From: Patescibacteria group bacterium UBA7435
GTDB lineage: Bacteria; Patescibacteriota; Minisyncoccia; Phycocordibacterales; UBA918
Reading direction: 5' to 3'
DNA length: 64,000 nucleotides
NCBI GenBank assembly: GCA_002477545.1
Contig: DLQJ01000007.1
Location: 87,188-151,187, forward strand
Under the pieces are notes generated by a model. The model was given only the letters and a program-made list of their open reading frames with translations, was not told the DNA's origin and made no database searches. Positions 9,671 to 19,420 of this stretch are shown piece by piece. Position 1 is the stretch's first letter, and each line of letters opens with the position of its first letter. The translations under genes were made by a program, and so were the position numbers.

Positions 9671-9931
9671 TTATTGTTGATACATCAGCAGATACGGTTT
9701 AAGTGCTTGGATACATAGAAGTCCCACCCCAGTTACAAGCGTATACACATACATTCCACTACCGCCATATCCAAAATATGCGTCAATTATTGCAGCAAGT
9801 ACAATCAACTCAATTCCTGCATACAAAAATGCGTAGATTACAGCGGATACAACAAATACGACAACAGGGCCAGTGAGGCCAAGCACCGCCACCAAAACAA
9901 AAAGTGAAAATTGTAATGCGTTATTCTTCAT
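9671..9931 (-). CDS. Small membrane protein in MreD position
   Basis: 86 aa, almost fully hydrophobic; lies between mreC and pbp2. Confidence 0.6.
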   Translation of the reverse strand: MKNNALQFSLFVLVAVLGLTGPVVVFVVSAVIYAFLYAGIELIVLAAIIDAYFGYGGSGMYVYTLVTGVGLLCIQALKPYLLMYQQ

Positions 9932-10880
9932 TTTCTTCTTCAGTTACGTCACTGGTACTCGACGTGGTTGTCCCATTTTCTAAATCAACCAAAATCGTGT
10001 CTGGCACTGGCACCGTAAACAAATCAGACTTTATCTCAGTGAGAATTGCTTGTGCTTCTTCAAAAGAAACACTCTGTATTGGTGTGATTCCAACCGACAC
10101 TAAGCGGATACTCGACAGAGGAACCTCTGGCGAAACATAACCATACTGCTCTGGACGTGATGCTTCAGATTGCACCACACTCACTTCACCATACACTCCT
10201 GAAGTGATAGACGGGAGTACCACCAAATCACCTTCTGAAATCTCAATTCCTTGTGGTACTCCCACACGTAATTGTCCACCACCGATCCCTACAGCATTAG
10301 TGTAAATGTCAGGACCTATGATGTATACCGTTGCTTCAAAGCCGGCAGTTGTTGCAAGCTCCACAAGCGCACTGTGTGCTGTGGCATGCTTCACAATTCC
10401 AATGACCGTATTTTCTCCTATAAATACTGGAGCACCGGTGACTACACCCTCTTGCGTTCCTCGATCAATCATCAGGGTGTCGTAGGGCAAAACACCTGGT
10501 CTTCCAATTACTCCTGCAAGTACCCGTTGTTCTCCATGGTCTCCCAAAAGACCTCGTAATTCTTTATTTTCTTTTACTAATGTATTGAGTGTAAAAATAT
10601 CACCCCCGACAGTAGCAAGCTCTTGTCGCAAAGTATGTATCTCATCAACTAACTCAGTTCGGTTACGTAAATACATTGGCAAACTTCCACCTGACTCTGC
10701 AACCCACGTCTTTACACCATTTATTGGTGCCACAACAACACTAAATACTACATGGAGCGCTTTAGGCACGAGAAAAAGGAGCACAAGACAAACAAGCGTA
10801 GTAACTACTATGCGTGTGAGATTCTTATTCTGAGAGGTGCGGCGATAATTCCCCCTCGTTATCGACGAGAATTTCTTCAT
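9921..10880 (-). CDS. mreC: Rod shape-determining protein MreC
   Basis: TM helix, coiled coil (ENKELRGLL), IDRGTQEGV beta domain; follows mreB. Confidence 0.9.
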   Translation of the reverse strand: MKKFSSITRGNYRRTSQNKNLTRIVVTTLVCLVLLFLVPKALHVVFSVVVAPINGVKTWVAESGGSLPMYLRNRTELVDEIHTLRQELATVGGDIFTLNTLVKENKELRGLLGDHGEQRVLAGVIGRPGVLPYDTLMIDRGTQEGVVTGAPVFIGENTVIGIVKHATAHSALVELATTAGFEATVYIIGPDIYTNAVGIGGGQLRVGVPQGIEISEGDLVVLPSITSGVYGEVSVVQSEASRPEQYGYVSPEVPLSSIRLVSVGITPIQSVSFEEAQAILTEIKSDLFTVPVPDTILVDLENGTTTSSTSDVTEEENEE

Positions 10881-11898
10881 AATTGTCCAAGTTCTCTAAT
10901 ACAATACCAGTTCCACGAACAACTGCACGCAATGGGTCAGGCACAATATATACAGGCACCTGCATAACTTCTTGCAAAAGAGATGCTAGACCAGGAATAA
11001 GCGCTCCTCCTCCGGCGATATGAATACCTCGCTGCATTACATCAGCAAGTACTTCTGGAGGTGTTTTTTCAAGCACCGAACGCACCGCCTCAACAATCGA
11101 ATCAACCGAGTGTGAAATTGCTTCTTTAATATCAGTGTCAGTAATAATTACCTCACGCGGGAGTCCTGTTACTACGTCACGCCCGCGTACCACCATTTCC
11201 TTTTCTTCATCATGACTAATAGATGCAAGCATTACCTTCGCATCTTCAGCTGTCTTGTCTCCAACGAGCACTTTAAATTGATCTCTGATGTAACTGATAA
11301 TTGCAGCACTTAAATGATCTCCCGCCACTCGAAGATTTTTTGCAACCACAATTCCATTAAGTGAGATTACTGCAATGTCTGTATTCCCACCTCCTATGTC
11401 TATAATCATGTTTCCAATAGCCTTCCCAACAGGAAGCTTTGCACCAATAGCAGCAGCCATTGGTTCTTCAATTAAAAATACTTCACGTGCCCCAGCATTA
11501 CGAGCCGCATCGCGTGCCGCCCGCATCTCTACATTCGTAATTCCCGACGGAACGCCTACAAGTACACGAGGAGCGATAATACTACGCGTGTCACTACGCA
11601 CTTTATTAATAAAGTACGCAAGCATTTCTTCGGTTACTTCAAAGTCCGAGATCACTCCATCAACCAGTGGGCGAATCACTTGAATATGGTTTGGCGTGCG
11701 CCCCATCATAACTTTCGCTTCGTTACCCACTGCAACAAGTTGCCCTGTTTTTTTATTCATTGCAACGATCGTCGGTTCATTTAACACAATGCCTTTACCC
11801 TTTACATACACAAGTGTATTTGCTGTCCCAAGGTCAATACCAATATCAGTTGATACCGCTTCCACCATTCTATCTATGTGTTTGAGTATTTTTTTCAT
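10825..11898 (-). CDS. mreB: Rod shape-determining protein MreB (copy 1)
   Basis: IGIDLGTANT, EEPMAAAIGA, DIGGG, AGGGA. Confidence 0.95.
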   Translation of the reverse strand: MKKILKHIDRMVEAVSTDIGIDLGTANTLVYVKGKGIVLNEPTIVAMNKKTGQLVAVGNEAKVMMGRTPNHIQVIRPLVDGVISDFEVTEEMLAYFINKVRSDTRSIIAPRVLVGVPSGITNVEMRAARDAARNAGAREVFLIEEPMAAAIGAKLPVGKAIGNMIIDIGGGNTDIAVISLNGIVVAKNLRVAGDHLSAAIISYIRDQFKVLVGDKTAEDAKVMLASISHDEEKEMVVRGRDVVTGLPREVIITDTDIKEAISHSVDSIVEAVRSVLEKTPPEVLADVMQRGIHIAGGGALIPGLASLLQEVMQVPVYIVPDPLRAVVRGTGIVLENLDNYEEILVDNEGELSPHLSE

Positions 11899-11908
11899 TA
11901 CAGTATAT

Positions 11909-13162
11909 TTACACAGCAAATTTGCTGTACAGTTCATCTTCAGTCATATAGGACACATCTCCAGTTGCGCGTGCAACCACTTCAAATTTTCCCTCCTCTT
12001 TCATTTTTTTACTTACCACTACACGATACGGCATACCAAGTAGATCCGAATCAGCAAATTTCTGCCCTGGTCGTGCATCACGATCATCATACAACGTTTC
12101 CACTCCTCGCTTTTGCAATGCACTATAAATACCATCAGCCCAATCTTTAATTTCTGAATCATCACCATTAAGACCAATGAGGTGCACTGTAAACGGAGCA
12201 ACACTTTCCGGCCAGACGATTCCTTTGTCGTCAGAAAGAAGATCAACCACCGTACCCATAGCGCGAGCAGGTCCAATACCGTATGAACCCATAATAACGG
12301 GTTGATCATTTCCTTCTTCATCTTTATACATAAGACCAATGGCTTCTGAGAATTTGGTTCCTAAAGAAAAAATATTTCCAACCTCAATACTCTTCCGTTT
12401 TTCTAAATCATCTTTAGTAACGCCAAGTTCTGAGAGGTCAGCTTCTTCAAGCACTTCTTCGTTTACTGCGATACCCTTCTCTTGATCTACATACACAATA
12501 TCTTCCCCAGCTTCAGCAAGTGTTTGAAACTCGTGGGAGAATTTTGTAAATGCACCTCCGGATGCAAATGTTTTGTATGTCACTTCTCCAATACCAATGC
12601 GGTCAAAAATCCGTGCATATGCCTGCGCACACGCTTCGTAAAATTCGTCATGCTGTTCTTGGGTTGCACAGAATGAATACAGATCTTTCATTGCAAACTC
12701 ACGGGTTCGCATGATTCCACTTTTAGCTCGCATTTCATTACGGAATTTCGTTTGAATCTGGTATGCAAAAAACGGCAGGTCTTTGTACGATGAAACATAC
12801 TGTCGCATCAGATCAGTAATCACCTCTTCATGAGTCCAAGCAAGTCCCACCTCACCACCTGCTTTAAGCTCAGACTTAAACCATACGTCAACATTCTCAT
12901 CACTCCACCGATCTGAAGTTTTCCAAAGTGCTGGATCTTGTAAAGATGGCATATGCATCTCTTGCCCTCCAATACCATTCATTTCTTCACGAATAATAGT
13001 ATTGATTTTTTCAATCACACGAAGACCTAATGGGAGAAATGAATACGCTCCAGCCATATTCTTGTAAATATATCCTCCTTGAATAAGTAACTGAGCATTT
13101 TTTGCTACCTCATCTGACGGTGCTTCTTTTTTTGTTTTACTAAAAAGTTGTGATTGTTTCAT
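11909..13162 (-). CDS. proS: Proline--tRNA ligase (no INS editing domain)
   Basis: QTKFRNEMR, RTREFAMKDLYSF, SHEF, IEVGNIF, MGSYGIG and anticodon-binding domain. Confidence 0.95.
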   Translation of the reverse strand: MKQSQLFSKTKKEAPSDEVAKNAQLLIQGGYIYKNMAGAYSFLPLGLRVIEKINTIIREEMNGIGGQEMHMPSLQDPALWKTSDRWSDENVDVWFKSELKAGGEVGLAWTHEEVITDLMRQYVSSYKDLPFFAYQIQTKFRNEMRAKSGIMRTREFAMKDLYSFCATQEQHDEFYEACAQAYARIFDRIGIGEVTYKTFASGGAFTKFSHEFQTLAEAGEDIVYVDQEKGIAVNEEVLEEADLSELGVTKDDLEKRKSIEVGNIFSLGTKFSEAIGLMYKDEEGNDQPVIMGSYGIGPARAMGTVVDLLSDDKGIVWPESVAPFTVHLIGLNGDDSEIKDWADGIYSALQKRGVETLYDDRDARPGQKFADSDLLGMPYRVVVSKKMKEEGKFEVVARATGDVSYMTEDELYSKFAV

Positions 13163-13179
13163 GTGGTTATAAATTAGAG

Positions 13180-13252
13180 AGAGGGCCAAAAGCTGTGCTT
13201 TTGGCCCTCTACACAGTTCCACTATAATACCCTTCCTTACCCGTTCTGACAA
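13180..13252 (-). promoter_or_regulatory. Sigma70-like promoter and 14-bp leader hairpin upstream of proS
   Basis: TTGTCA-17-TATTAT on minus strand (13252-13224), then stem agagggccaaaagc/gcttttggccctct. Confidence 0.5.
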
Positions 13253-13268
13253 TTTTAACGCTCGGGAG

Positions 13269-13511
13269 CTACGTCTCTTTTTTAAACGTCTTAGAAAAGG
13301 AATACGCTGAAGCGACTGCCCAGACTACATTCAAAATCAGGAACGGGACACTGTCGAGCAATATTGCATACACCACCAATATTCCAGGCCCCACAACATT
13401 CAGCAAATCATATATTCTTGATTTTGTAGAAAGAATGCCAAACTGATTGAGAACAAATCCAAAAAGCACAATTCCTGCTCCTGTTATTCCTAGTGTTGTA
13501 GTGAAATCCAT
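13269..13511 (-). CDS. Small 3-TM membrane protein (CBU_0592-like)
   Basis: G..G..I...F...Q, Y..LN..G and F..LN.VW pattern. Confidence 0.7.
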   Translation of the reverse strand: MDFTTTLGITGAGIVLFGFVLNQFGILSTKSRIYDLLNVVGPGILVVYAILLDSVPFLILNVVWAVASAYSFSKTFKKET

Positions 13512-13512
13512 A

Positions 13513-14607
13513 CTAGAAAATTTTAGTCAGGTCATTGAAAGTGACAAGAATCATCAGTAGCATAAGCAGCATGAACCCAGCAATATTCAATCGTGCAACC
13601 CACACTGGATTAATGGGCTTTCGTGTTACCACTTCAACACCCACCATGACCAAACGTCCTCCATCAAGTGCTGGGAACGGTAACATATTAATAACAGCAA
13701 GATTCAATGAGATCACTGCAGTAAACATAAGGAGTGACGTCAGACCAAACTCAGCTGCATCTCCTACTAATCCCACAATGCCAATTGGTCCTGCAACCTG
13801 TGAAAAGTCAGCAGTTCCTTGTACGCTTTGTCCGAGCAGTGTAGCAATTCCAATGGTGATCGCTTTAAGTGAAAACACAGTCGTCTTCGTTGCACTCCAA
13901 AGTGCTTCATGCACAGGCTCTTTCACCGTTTCAACAAGTGACAACGCTACTCCTACAGCAGCTCGTTCAGGATCATCAAGAATCAAACCTTTCTCTGGGG
14001 TTATTATTGCTTCTGCAGTCTGCCCATCAAGCGTGTACGCGATAGTCACTTCGTTTTCACCATTTGCCTGCGTAAATTCTGCAAACGCTGAGGGTGTAAG
14101 TTCGTCAGCAGCATCTCCATTTACTGAGAACCCTGTAACCTGTGCCCCAACAGGAAGCAGTGCAACGTCAGCAGGGCCTTCGTGCACCACGTGTACCACG
14201 GTTAATCGTGCACCATCAGTAGCAACATCTTCATCAACCGCCGTAGGAAGACCTACCATAAACACAATTGCGAACAAGAACCATGCAAAGATGATATTCA
14301 TTGTTACCCCTGCAATCAGTACTGCAGCCTGTGCCCATTTACTCTTTGCAGTAAAAGAGTCAGAAGGAATATCTCCATCGACAGTAACATCTTCAGCATT
14401 TTCACCTGCAATTCGGACAAACCCTCCAATAGGCAGCGCATTAAACGTGTACTCGGTTCCCCGCCATTTCTTACCAAATAATTTCGGTGGAAATCCAATA
14501 CCAAACTCATCTACCCGCATTCCTGTTTTCTTAGCAACAATAAAGTGCCCCCATTCATGTACTAGAATAAGTACAAAAAGTACCAGGAAGAATAATAGAA
14601 TAGTCAT
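13513..14607 (-). CDS. rseP: Site-2 intramembrane metalloprotease RseP (M50)
   Basis: HEWGH, GIGFPP, PIGGFV, NMLPFPALDGG. Confidence 0.95.
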   Translation of the reverse strand: MTILLFFLVLFVLILVHEWGHFIVAKKTGMRVDEFGIGFPPKLFGKKWRGTEYTFNALPIGGFVRIAGENAEDVTVDGDIPSDSFTAKSKWAQAAVLIAGVTMNIIFAWFLFAIVFMVGLPTAVDEDVATDGARLTVVHVVHEGPADVALLPVGAQVTGFSVNGDAADELTPSAFAEFTQANGENEVTIAYTLDGQTAEAIITPEKGLILDDPERAAVGVALSLVETVKEPVHEALWSATKTTVFSLKAITIGIATLLGQSVQGTADFSQVAGPIGIVGLVGDAAEFGLTSLLMFTAVISLNLAVINMLPFPALDGGRLVMVGVEVVTRKPINPVWVARLNIAGFMLLMLLMILVTFNDLTKIF

Positions 14608-14609
14608 AA

Positions 14610-15149
14610 TTAGCGAGAGATTTCAATTTCTTTCTGTGTGTAGAGCGCTTCCAATTGTGTATTGATAGCTTCAACTTTCTTTTGGGCAGATTCCTTTTGT
14701 GTAAACTTCTCATCCTCACTAATATCTCCGTCTTTTTGTTGCTTCTCCAAGTCTTTCATAAACTCATCACGCACAGTACGTACTGATACACGTGCATCCT
14801 CAAGCTTACTTTTTCCAAGTTTCAATAATTGTTCACGTCGATCTGAGGTCAGTTCTGGGAAAATAACTCGCAAACCAGCAGAATCAGTCGCAACTGAAAT
14901 ACCTAAATCTGCTTCTCGTAATGCAGTTTCTATAGCAGTGATACTCCCTGCATCCCATGGAGAAATACGAAGTGTTCGTGCATCCTCAACACCCACTGAA
15001 CCAACTTGGTTTAATGGCATCATACTTCCGTAGTTCTCTACCTTAATACTATCCAAAAGTGCAGGCGTTGCCTGTCCTGTTCGAATACCAATATATGCGG
15101 TGCTTAACCACTCTAAAATTTCTTTTCCTCGTGCATCAATGTCTATCAT
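14610..15149 (-). CDS. frr: Ribosome recycling factor
   Basis: IRTGQATPALLD, LTSDRREQL, ARVSVRTVR, ISEDE. Confidence 0.95.
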   Translation of the reverse strand: MIDIDARGKEILEWLSTAYIGIRTGQATPALLDSIKVENYGSMMPLNQVGSVGVEDARTLRISPWDAGSITAIETALREADLGISVATDSAGLRVIFPELTSDRREQLLKLGKSKLEDARVSVRTVRDEFMKDLEKQQKDGDISEDEKFTQKESAQKKVEAINTQLEALYTQKEIEISR

Positions 15150-15185
15150 ATGTATCAATTTATTTACGTATATATAGTAGCACAG

Positions 15186-15809
15186 CTACTGTTTTGGTAG
15201 TGCTAATGCTAACTCTTCACACAACATCTTCGCAGAAGCGCCCGGAGTTTTACTGTATTCTCTGATAAATAATACTGTCTTTAACAACAGTGCATTTTTT
15301 TGTGTATCTCCAGAAGCATACACTTCAGCTCCACAAAGCACATCCTCAAAAAATTGTATTTCTTTTTTCTTAGCCGCATCAGCAATGGAAGCGAGGCGTC
15401 CTGCATAATCATCTGCGACAAACATATCAAATGTATCATTGCTTAGCATTGCTATTGCACTGTCTGAGCTGATAATGGCTACACGTGATCGTAGTGTAGG
15501 AATAAGCATTCCCTCTTGTGGTATGACCAAATAAAATTGCGCGAATTCTGGTGGGTCTTCAAACAGTTTCAGTAAGGCGTTTTGTGATTCAATAGGCAAT
15601 ACTTTAACCACCAATACAAACACGCGCATATCTTGTTCAATTGGTTTTTGTAGTGCGTCAGTTGATAAGGTACGTGCATCAGCAATACTAAATCTATCAA
15701 GGACTATATGCGTAACATCACTTGATGATTTTTTATAAGCTTCAGGTACTCCAGAAGCTTCTAGGGTGGAAGCTATACAAACATTTGCGTGATGATCATC
15801 AGTAGTCAT
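15186..15809 (-). CDS. holB: DNA polymerase III delta-prime-like subunit (short)
   Basis: SQNALLKLFEDPP and LIPTLRSR motifs; no P-loop or Zn module. Confidence 0.7.
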   Translation of the reverse strand: MTTDDHHANVCIASTLEASGVPEAYKKSSSDVTHIVLDRFSIADARTLSTDALQKPIEQDMRVFVLVVKVLPIESQNALLKLFEDPPEFAQFYLVIPQEGMLIPTLRSRVAIISSDSAIAMLSNDTFDMFVADDYAGRLASIADAAKKKEIQFFEDVLCGAEVYASGDTQKNALLLKTVLFIREYSKTPGASAKMLCEELALALPKQ

Positions 15810-15873
15810 GTCGATAAGTATACCAAAGGAAACCCCACAGTACGATTACTCGTACTGTGGGGTTGGTACTTAG

Positions 15874-17448
15874 TTATGCAACGGGTGTGTCGGTAAATTT
15901 TTTACCCAGAATGTGTTTAATAACGCGGCGCAGGTAATGTTCAAATGTCTCTCCATGTTCATGAAGAATTCCTTCTTCATACCGCCAGCCGTTCATATAA
16001 TCAGTGATACTGCGCTTGATTTGTGGTGTAGCTTCATCAAAACGTCCTGCGACAATCGCTGACATAGTCAGTTGTGAAAGTTTTTTATACAATGGGTGCT
16101 CAACTCCGCTTGGCCCTGTACCAAACAGTCCACTACTCTTAAACAGTCCCCATTCTGAAATAAGTTGATTCAAACCGTTTGTTACGTCAGGGGTCATCAG
16201 CGGATCAAGTGAAGCAATCTCAGCATCTTTTCGTTGCTTGTCAGTAACTGCAGCTTCTTGTTTTTGTGAAGTTAGAAGGTCCGCAATTTGTTTCTCTTTT
16301 GCAACTGACAGCATGTCTGAGGATGCATTTTCCACTTCTGGAACTACGGGGGCAACATTAGGCACGGGAGTAACTGCTAGTTTAGCAACTTCAGGGCTTG
16401 ATGCTACAGCAGGAGCAGGTGATGTCTCAACAACCGGTGATACCGTTTCTGCAACCACCTCTGGTACATGTGTTTGGTGTACCGAAGCAAAACCTGATAC
16501 CGCAGGAGCCGTAACGGGCGCCACGGGTTTCGAAGCATCGTCTGGCGCAATAGCAGCAGGTGTCGGTTCGACAATTGGTTCTGCTGGTACTTGTTCAATC
16601 TTTTTATTGGCTGAAGTTTCAGATACTGGTGCTGTTTTTTGTTCTGGGGGTACAGTATCTTGCACAATACCCTTTGAACCCACTGTTACTTGCACTGACG
16701 CAAATGCAGTCTCAAGACGCACCATTGCTGCTTCAACTTCTCCAGATGATCCGCCGTTAGTCTTCTTCATAGCGTCCAATAACGCACTCATGTACTCACG
16801 TCCAACTTCATTATTAACATCAATAAGATTTACCGGATTCCCAACCAGTGTATTAACTTCTTTTTTAATTTCTTTGATTCTATCTGCTGTTGATGTTGTT
16901 GATTCAGATCCAGAAGCCACAACTGGTTCTGGAGTAAGTACGTCAGGCACCTCTGCAGCAGGTTCATTAATAGGCTGTTCAGCTATCGGTTGCTCAGGTT
17001 CTGAAATTTCGACCTTTGTTGGTTCTACTGATTGAGCTACGGGTGCGACACGTGATGTTTGTGACGCTGTAGATATTGATGCTGGAGTAAATCGTGGTTG
17101 CATCCGAGTATTCCCCATACGATTCAAAGGTTTTTGTGTCTTCACTACTTCAGGAGTAAACACTTCCGATAATTCTTCCACAGCTGTAACGGCTTCTTCC
17201 TCTCCAAGTACCGTAAAACCATACTCAGCAAAGGTAGTCCGTAATGTGTCAGTTACTTGAGCATCAGGAACTGCGCGGAATGAAAAAATCATGTCACGCA
17301 ATTCATTTTTGGTGTCTACCGGTAGAATACTGTGGTGAATCTTTTTAAGAAGTTTGAGTACTGAAATTTCATCACGCAGGTAAAAGGCAACGCTTACTTT
17401 TTGCGTTGAAGAACCAATGGATGAAGAACCTCCTGTCATACTCGACAT
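15874..17448 (-). CDS. Hypothetical protein: helical domains joined by Pro/Ala/Val-rich linkers
   Basis: Long ORF, low-complexity linkers, globular C-terminal domain; TATACT -10 upstream of ATG 17448. Confidence 0.8.
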   Translation of the reverse strand: MSSMTGGSSSIGSSTQKVSVAFYLRDEISVLKLLKKIHHSILPVDTKNELRDMIFSFRAVPDAQVTDTLRTTFAEYGFTVLGEEEAVTAVEELSEVFTPEVVKTQKPLNRMGNTRMQPRFTPASISTASQTSRVAPVAQSVEPTKVEISEPEQPIAEQPINEPAAEVPDVLTPEPVVASGSESTTSTADRIKEIKKEVNTLVGNPVNLIDVNNEVGREYMSALLDAMKKTNGGSSGEVEAAMVRLETAFASVQVTVGSKGIVQDTVPPEQKTAPVSETSANKKIEQVPAEPIVEPTPAAIAPDDASKPVAPVTAPAVSGFASVHQTHVPEVVAETVSPVVETSPAPAVASSPEVAKLAVTPVPNVAPVVPEVENASSDMLSVAKEKQIADLLTSQKQEAAVTDKQRKDAEIASLDPLMTPDVTNGLNQLISEWGLFKSSGLFGTGPSGVEHPLYKKLSQLTMSAIVAGRFDEATPQIKRSITDYMNGWRYEEGILHEHGETFEHYLRRVIKHILGKKFTDTPVA

Positions 17449-17510
17449 ATCCCACACAGTATACACCAAAGAGGTACGAGCTGTGCTCGCACCTCTTGTG
17501 GATACCTTTT

Positions 17511-17819
17511 CTAAACTCCCTGACTTTGAATACGAGAAACAAATTGTTGCATAAACGAATGCTGTTCTTCCTGCAGGATCGTGTTGAACGATGGATATGT
17601 TTGCTGAATATGGGCAAGTGTTGCATCAAAAGTGTCATACGATTCAATGGCATGTGTAAATGCATGCAGCTGATCTTCGGTTAGTGTATCCATCAAACGC
17701 ATAATGGATGCATCAAAAACTAATCCGCCAATTTTAGCCACAAATGCAGCTCGCTGTGTTGGTACATAATTCTCAATCCCAAGTACCTGTAGTTGTTCTG
17801 TTGTAAGTTGCACTGACAT
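17511..17819 (-). CDS. Small helical protein (DUF5663-like, CPR-typical)
   Basis: LGIE......F..KIG.LVF.....RL...LTEDQ pattern; tightly coupled to upstream gene. Confidence 0.6.
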   Translation of the reverse strand: MSVQLTTEQLQVLGIENYVPTQRAAFVAKIGGLVFDASIMRLMDTLTEDQLHAFTHAIESYDTFDATLAHIQQTYPSFNTILQEEQHSFMQQFVSRIQSQGV

Positions 17820-17820
17820 A

Positions 17821-19416
17821 CTATATATACTTAGTTACACTTTCAAAAAATGGCTGCAGGTTAATGCCGTTTTCATCCCCCTGAAAAACGGTGTGTATAT
17901 CTCCTGAATCAATTCCCATCTTTTTTGTAAGTTCGGTGTGTGCATTTGGATTTTTTTCTACATCAGCAATAAGTGCCCACATACCGGCAAGGAATTGTGC
18001 ATTGGAAACATCAAGGCCTTCAGCTATAGAATGGTCAGCTTTCCATGTTTCAAAAGCAGCTTCGGAAACTGTATCAATCACTTTACCTTCAGCGTTCTTT
18101 GCTCCCGAGAATACATATGAGACCTCTTGTTCACCTGGAGACATCTCAGAGGGAGCTGTATAGGTAGATGAAATACCTTCAGCTGAAACATGCGTGTTCA
18201 TTTCTGCTGCAGAAGTGAACATTGAACCGTCCAGTGTGGTAATGACGTCAGTCTGTTCTATAACCGTACCTTCTTCATTTATGGAAGATATCTGCTCTGA
18301 TTCAACTGACTGATTACCTATGTGTTTAATTCCTGAATCTGGTGTGGAAATATCATTTGTTGATGCATGTGCAGTTGGAACTTTAGGTATTGAAAAAGCT
18401 GGGTTAGACATATCTTCGTTATTAAGCATCGTTGGAAATGTCACTAAAGCAGCTAACCCTATGGCTTTGGCAGTACTCCAGAACCCCTTTCTGTCTTTTT
18501 TTATTTCACTAATTTTTTCAAAATATCCTCGTTCTGAAGCTCTTGTCTCAAGCGTAGCTTGCATCTCATTGAGTACTTCTTCAGGTTTTTCATTCTCAGA
18601 TAATTCGACCTTTTCAATAGGTTCACTTTCACTAGAAAAACCAACGAACTGATCGTCAGTCGCATCCTTAACACGCATATCGGGTGTTAACACAAGTCGT
18701 TCTGATTTTTTATTTTCCCCATCTGCTTCAGGTCCAACATTCTGAGAAAGTTCGTTAAGACGTTTAGTCTCAGACAGTTGAAATGCTTCAAACCCCTCTG
18801 CCGTATGCTTCATATCTGCATTATCATCTTCAGGAAGATCAAGATCACTTTCCACAGAAGTGACAGGTTGATCATCACTCAGGGCTAATGAGTCAGGTTC
18901 TACAATCTCTTGATTGACAGAATCTTCTTCATCTTCAGGAATAAGTGTTTCTAACTGCACTCCATTTTTTCTTGCAAAAGTTTCAACACGGTTACGCAAT
19001 TTTACCAATGCATTAAATTTAGTTTGTATATCTTGGACATCATCTTCCGTAAGAGCTGCATCACCTTGCTCTTTTGCTTTACGTGAGACTTCACCAAGCG
19101 CTTTCTTTAATTTTGCATACTGCATGCGAAGCGGGAAGTTTCCTTCCACTTCTTCTTTCGAGAGCCCCAGTCGGGGACTTTCATATCCTAAAGCAGTACG
19201 TATCTGATATCCTTCTGTAAAAAGTACAATTGCAGATTTAAACATCTCTTTTCTTCCTTCTTCAGTTTCTAAAGAGACCATTGGCATCTCAACTGCTTCT
19301 TGAGCAATTTTTGATTGCTCAGGTTTATCGCCTCCCGAACCAGAACCTTTCTCAGGTTCGTGTACCACGGAAAGATTAAACTCACCGTACCGTTTTTTGA
19401 AAGATTCTAAACCCAT
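17821..19416 (-). CDS. Bitopic membrane protein, acidic N-region, possible degenerate LysM-like C-terminus
   Basis: Single hydrophobic segment AIGLAALVTFPTML; C-terminal DTVSE...MGIDSGDIHTVFQGD. Confidence 0.7.
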   Translation of the reverse strand: MGLESFKKRYGEFNLSVVHEPEKGSGSGGDKPEQSKIAQEAVEMPMVSLETEEGRKEMFKSAIVLFTEGYQIRTALGYESPRLGLSKEEVEGNFPLRMQYAKLKKALGEVSRKAKEQGDAALTEDDVQDIQTKFNALVKLRNRVETFARKNGVQLETLIPEDEEDSVNQEIVEPDSLALSDDQPVTSVESDLDLPEDDNADMKHTAEGFEAFQLSETKRLNELSQNVGPEADGENKKSERLVLTPDMRVKDATDDQFVGFSSESEPIEKVELSENEKPEEVLNEMQATLETRASERGYFEKISEIKKDRKGFWSTAKAIGLAALVTFPTMLNNEDMSNPAFSIPKVPTAHASTNDISTPDSGIKHIGNQSVESEQISSINEEGTVIEQTDVITTLDGSMFTSAAEMNTHVSAEGISSTYTAPSEMSPGEQEVSYVFSGAKNAEGKVIDTVSEAAFETWKADHSIAEGLDVSNAQFLAGMWALIADVEKNPNAHTELTKKMGIDSGDIHTVFQGDENGINLQPFFESVTKYI

Positions 19417-19420
19417 ATCC

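Noticed and set aside
13535-14665. 376-aa ORF on + strand
   Set aside because: Antisense shadow of rseP; Ser/Thr/Pro-rich composition typical of a reverse frame, with no motifs.
16238-17035. 265-aa Gly/Ala/Thr-rich ORF on + strand resembling an adhesin
   Set aside because: Mirror of the Pro/Ala/Val linker of the minus-strand gene 15874-17448.
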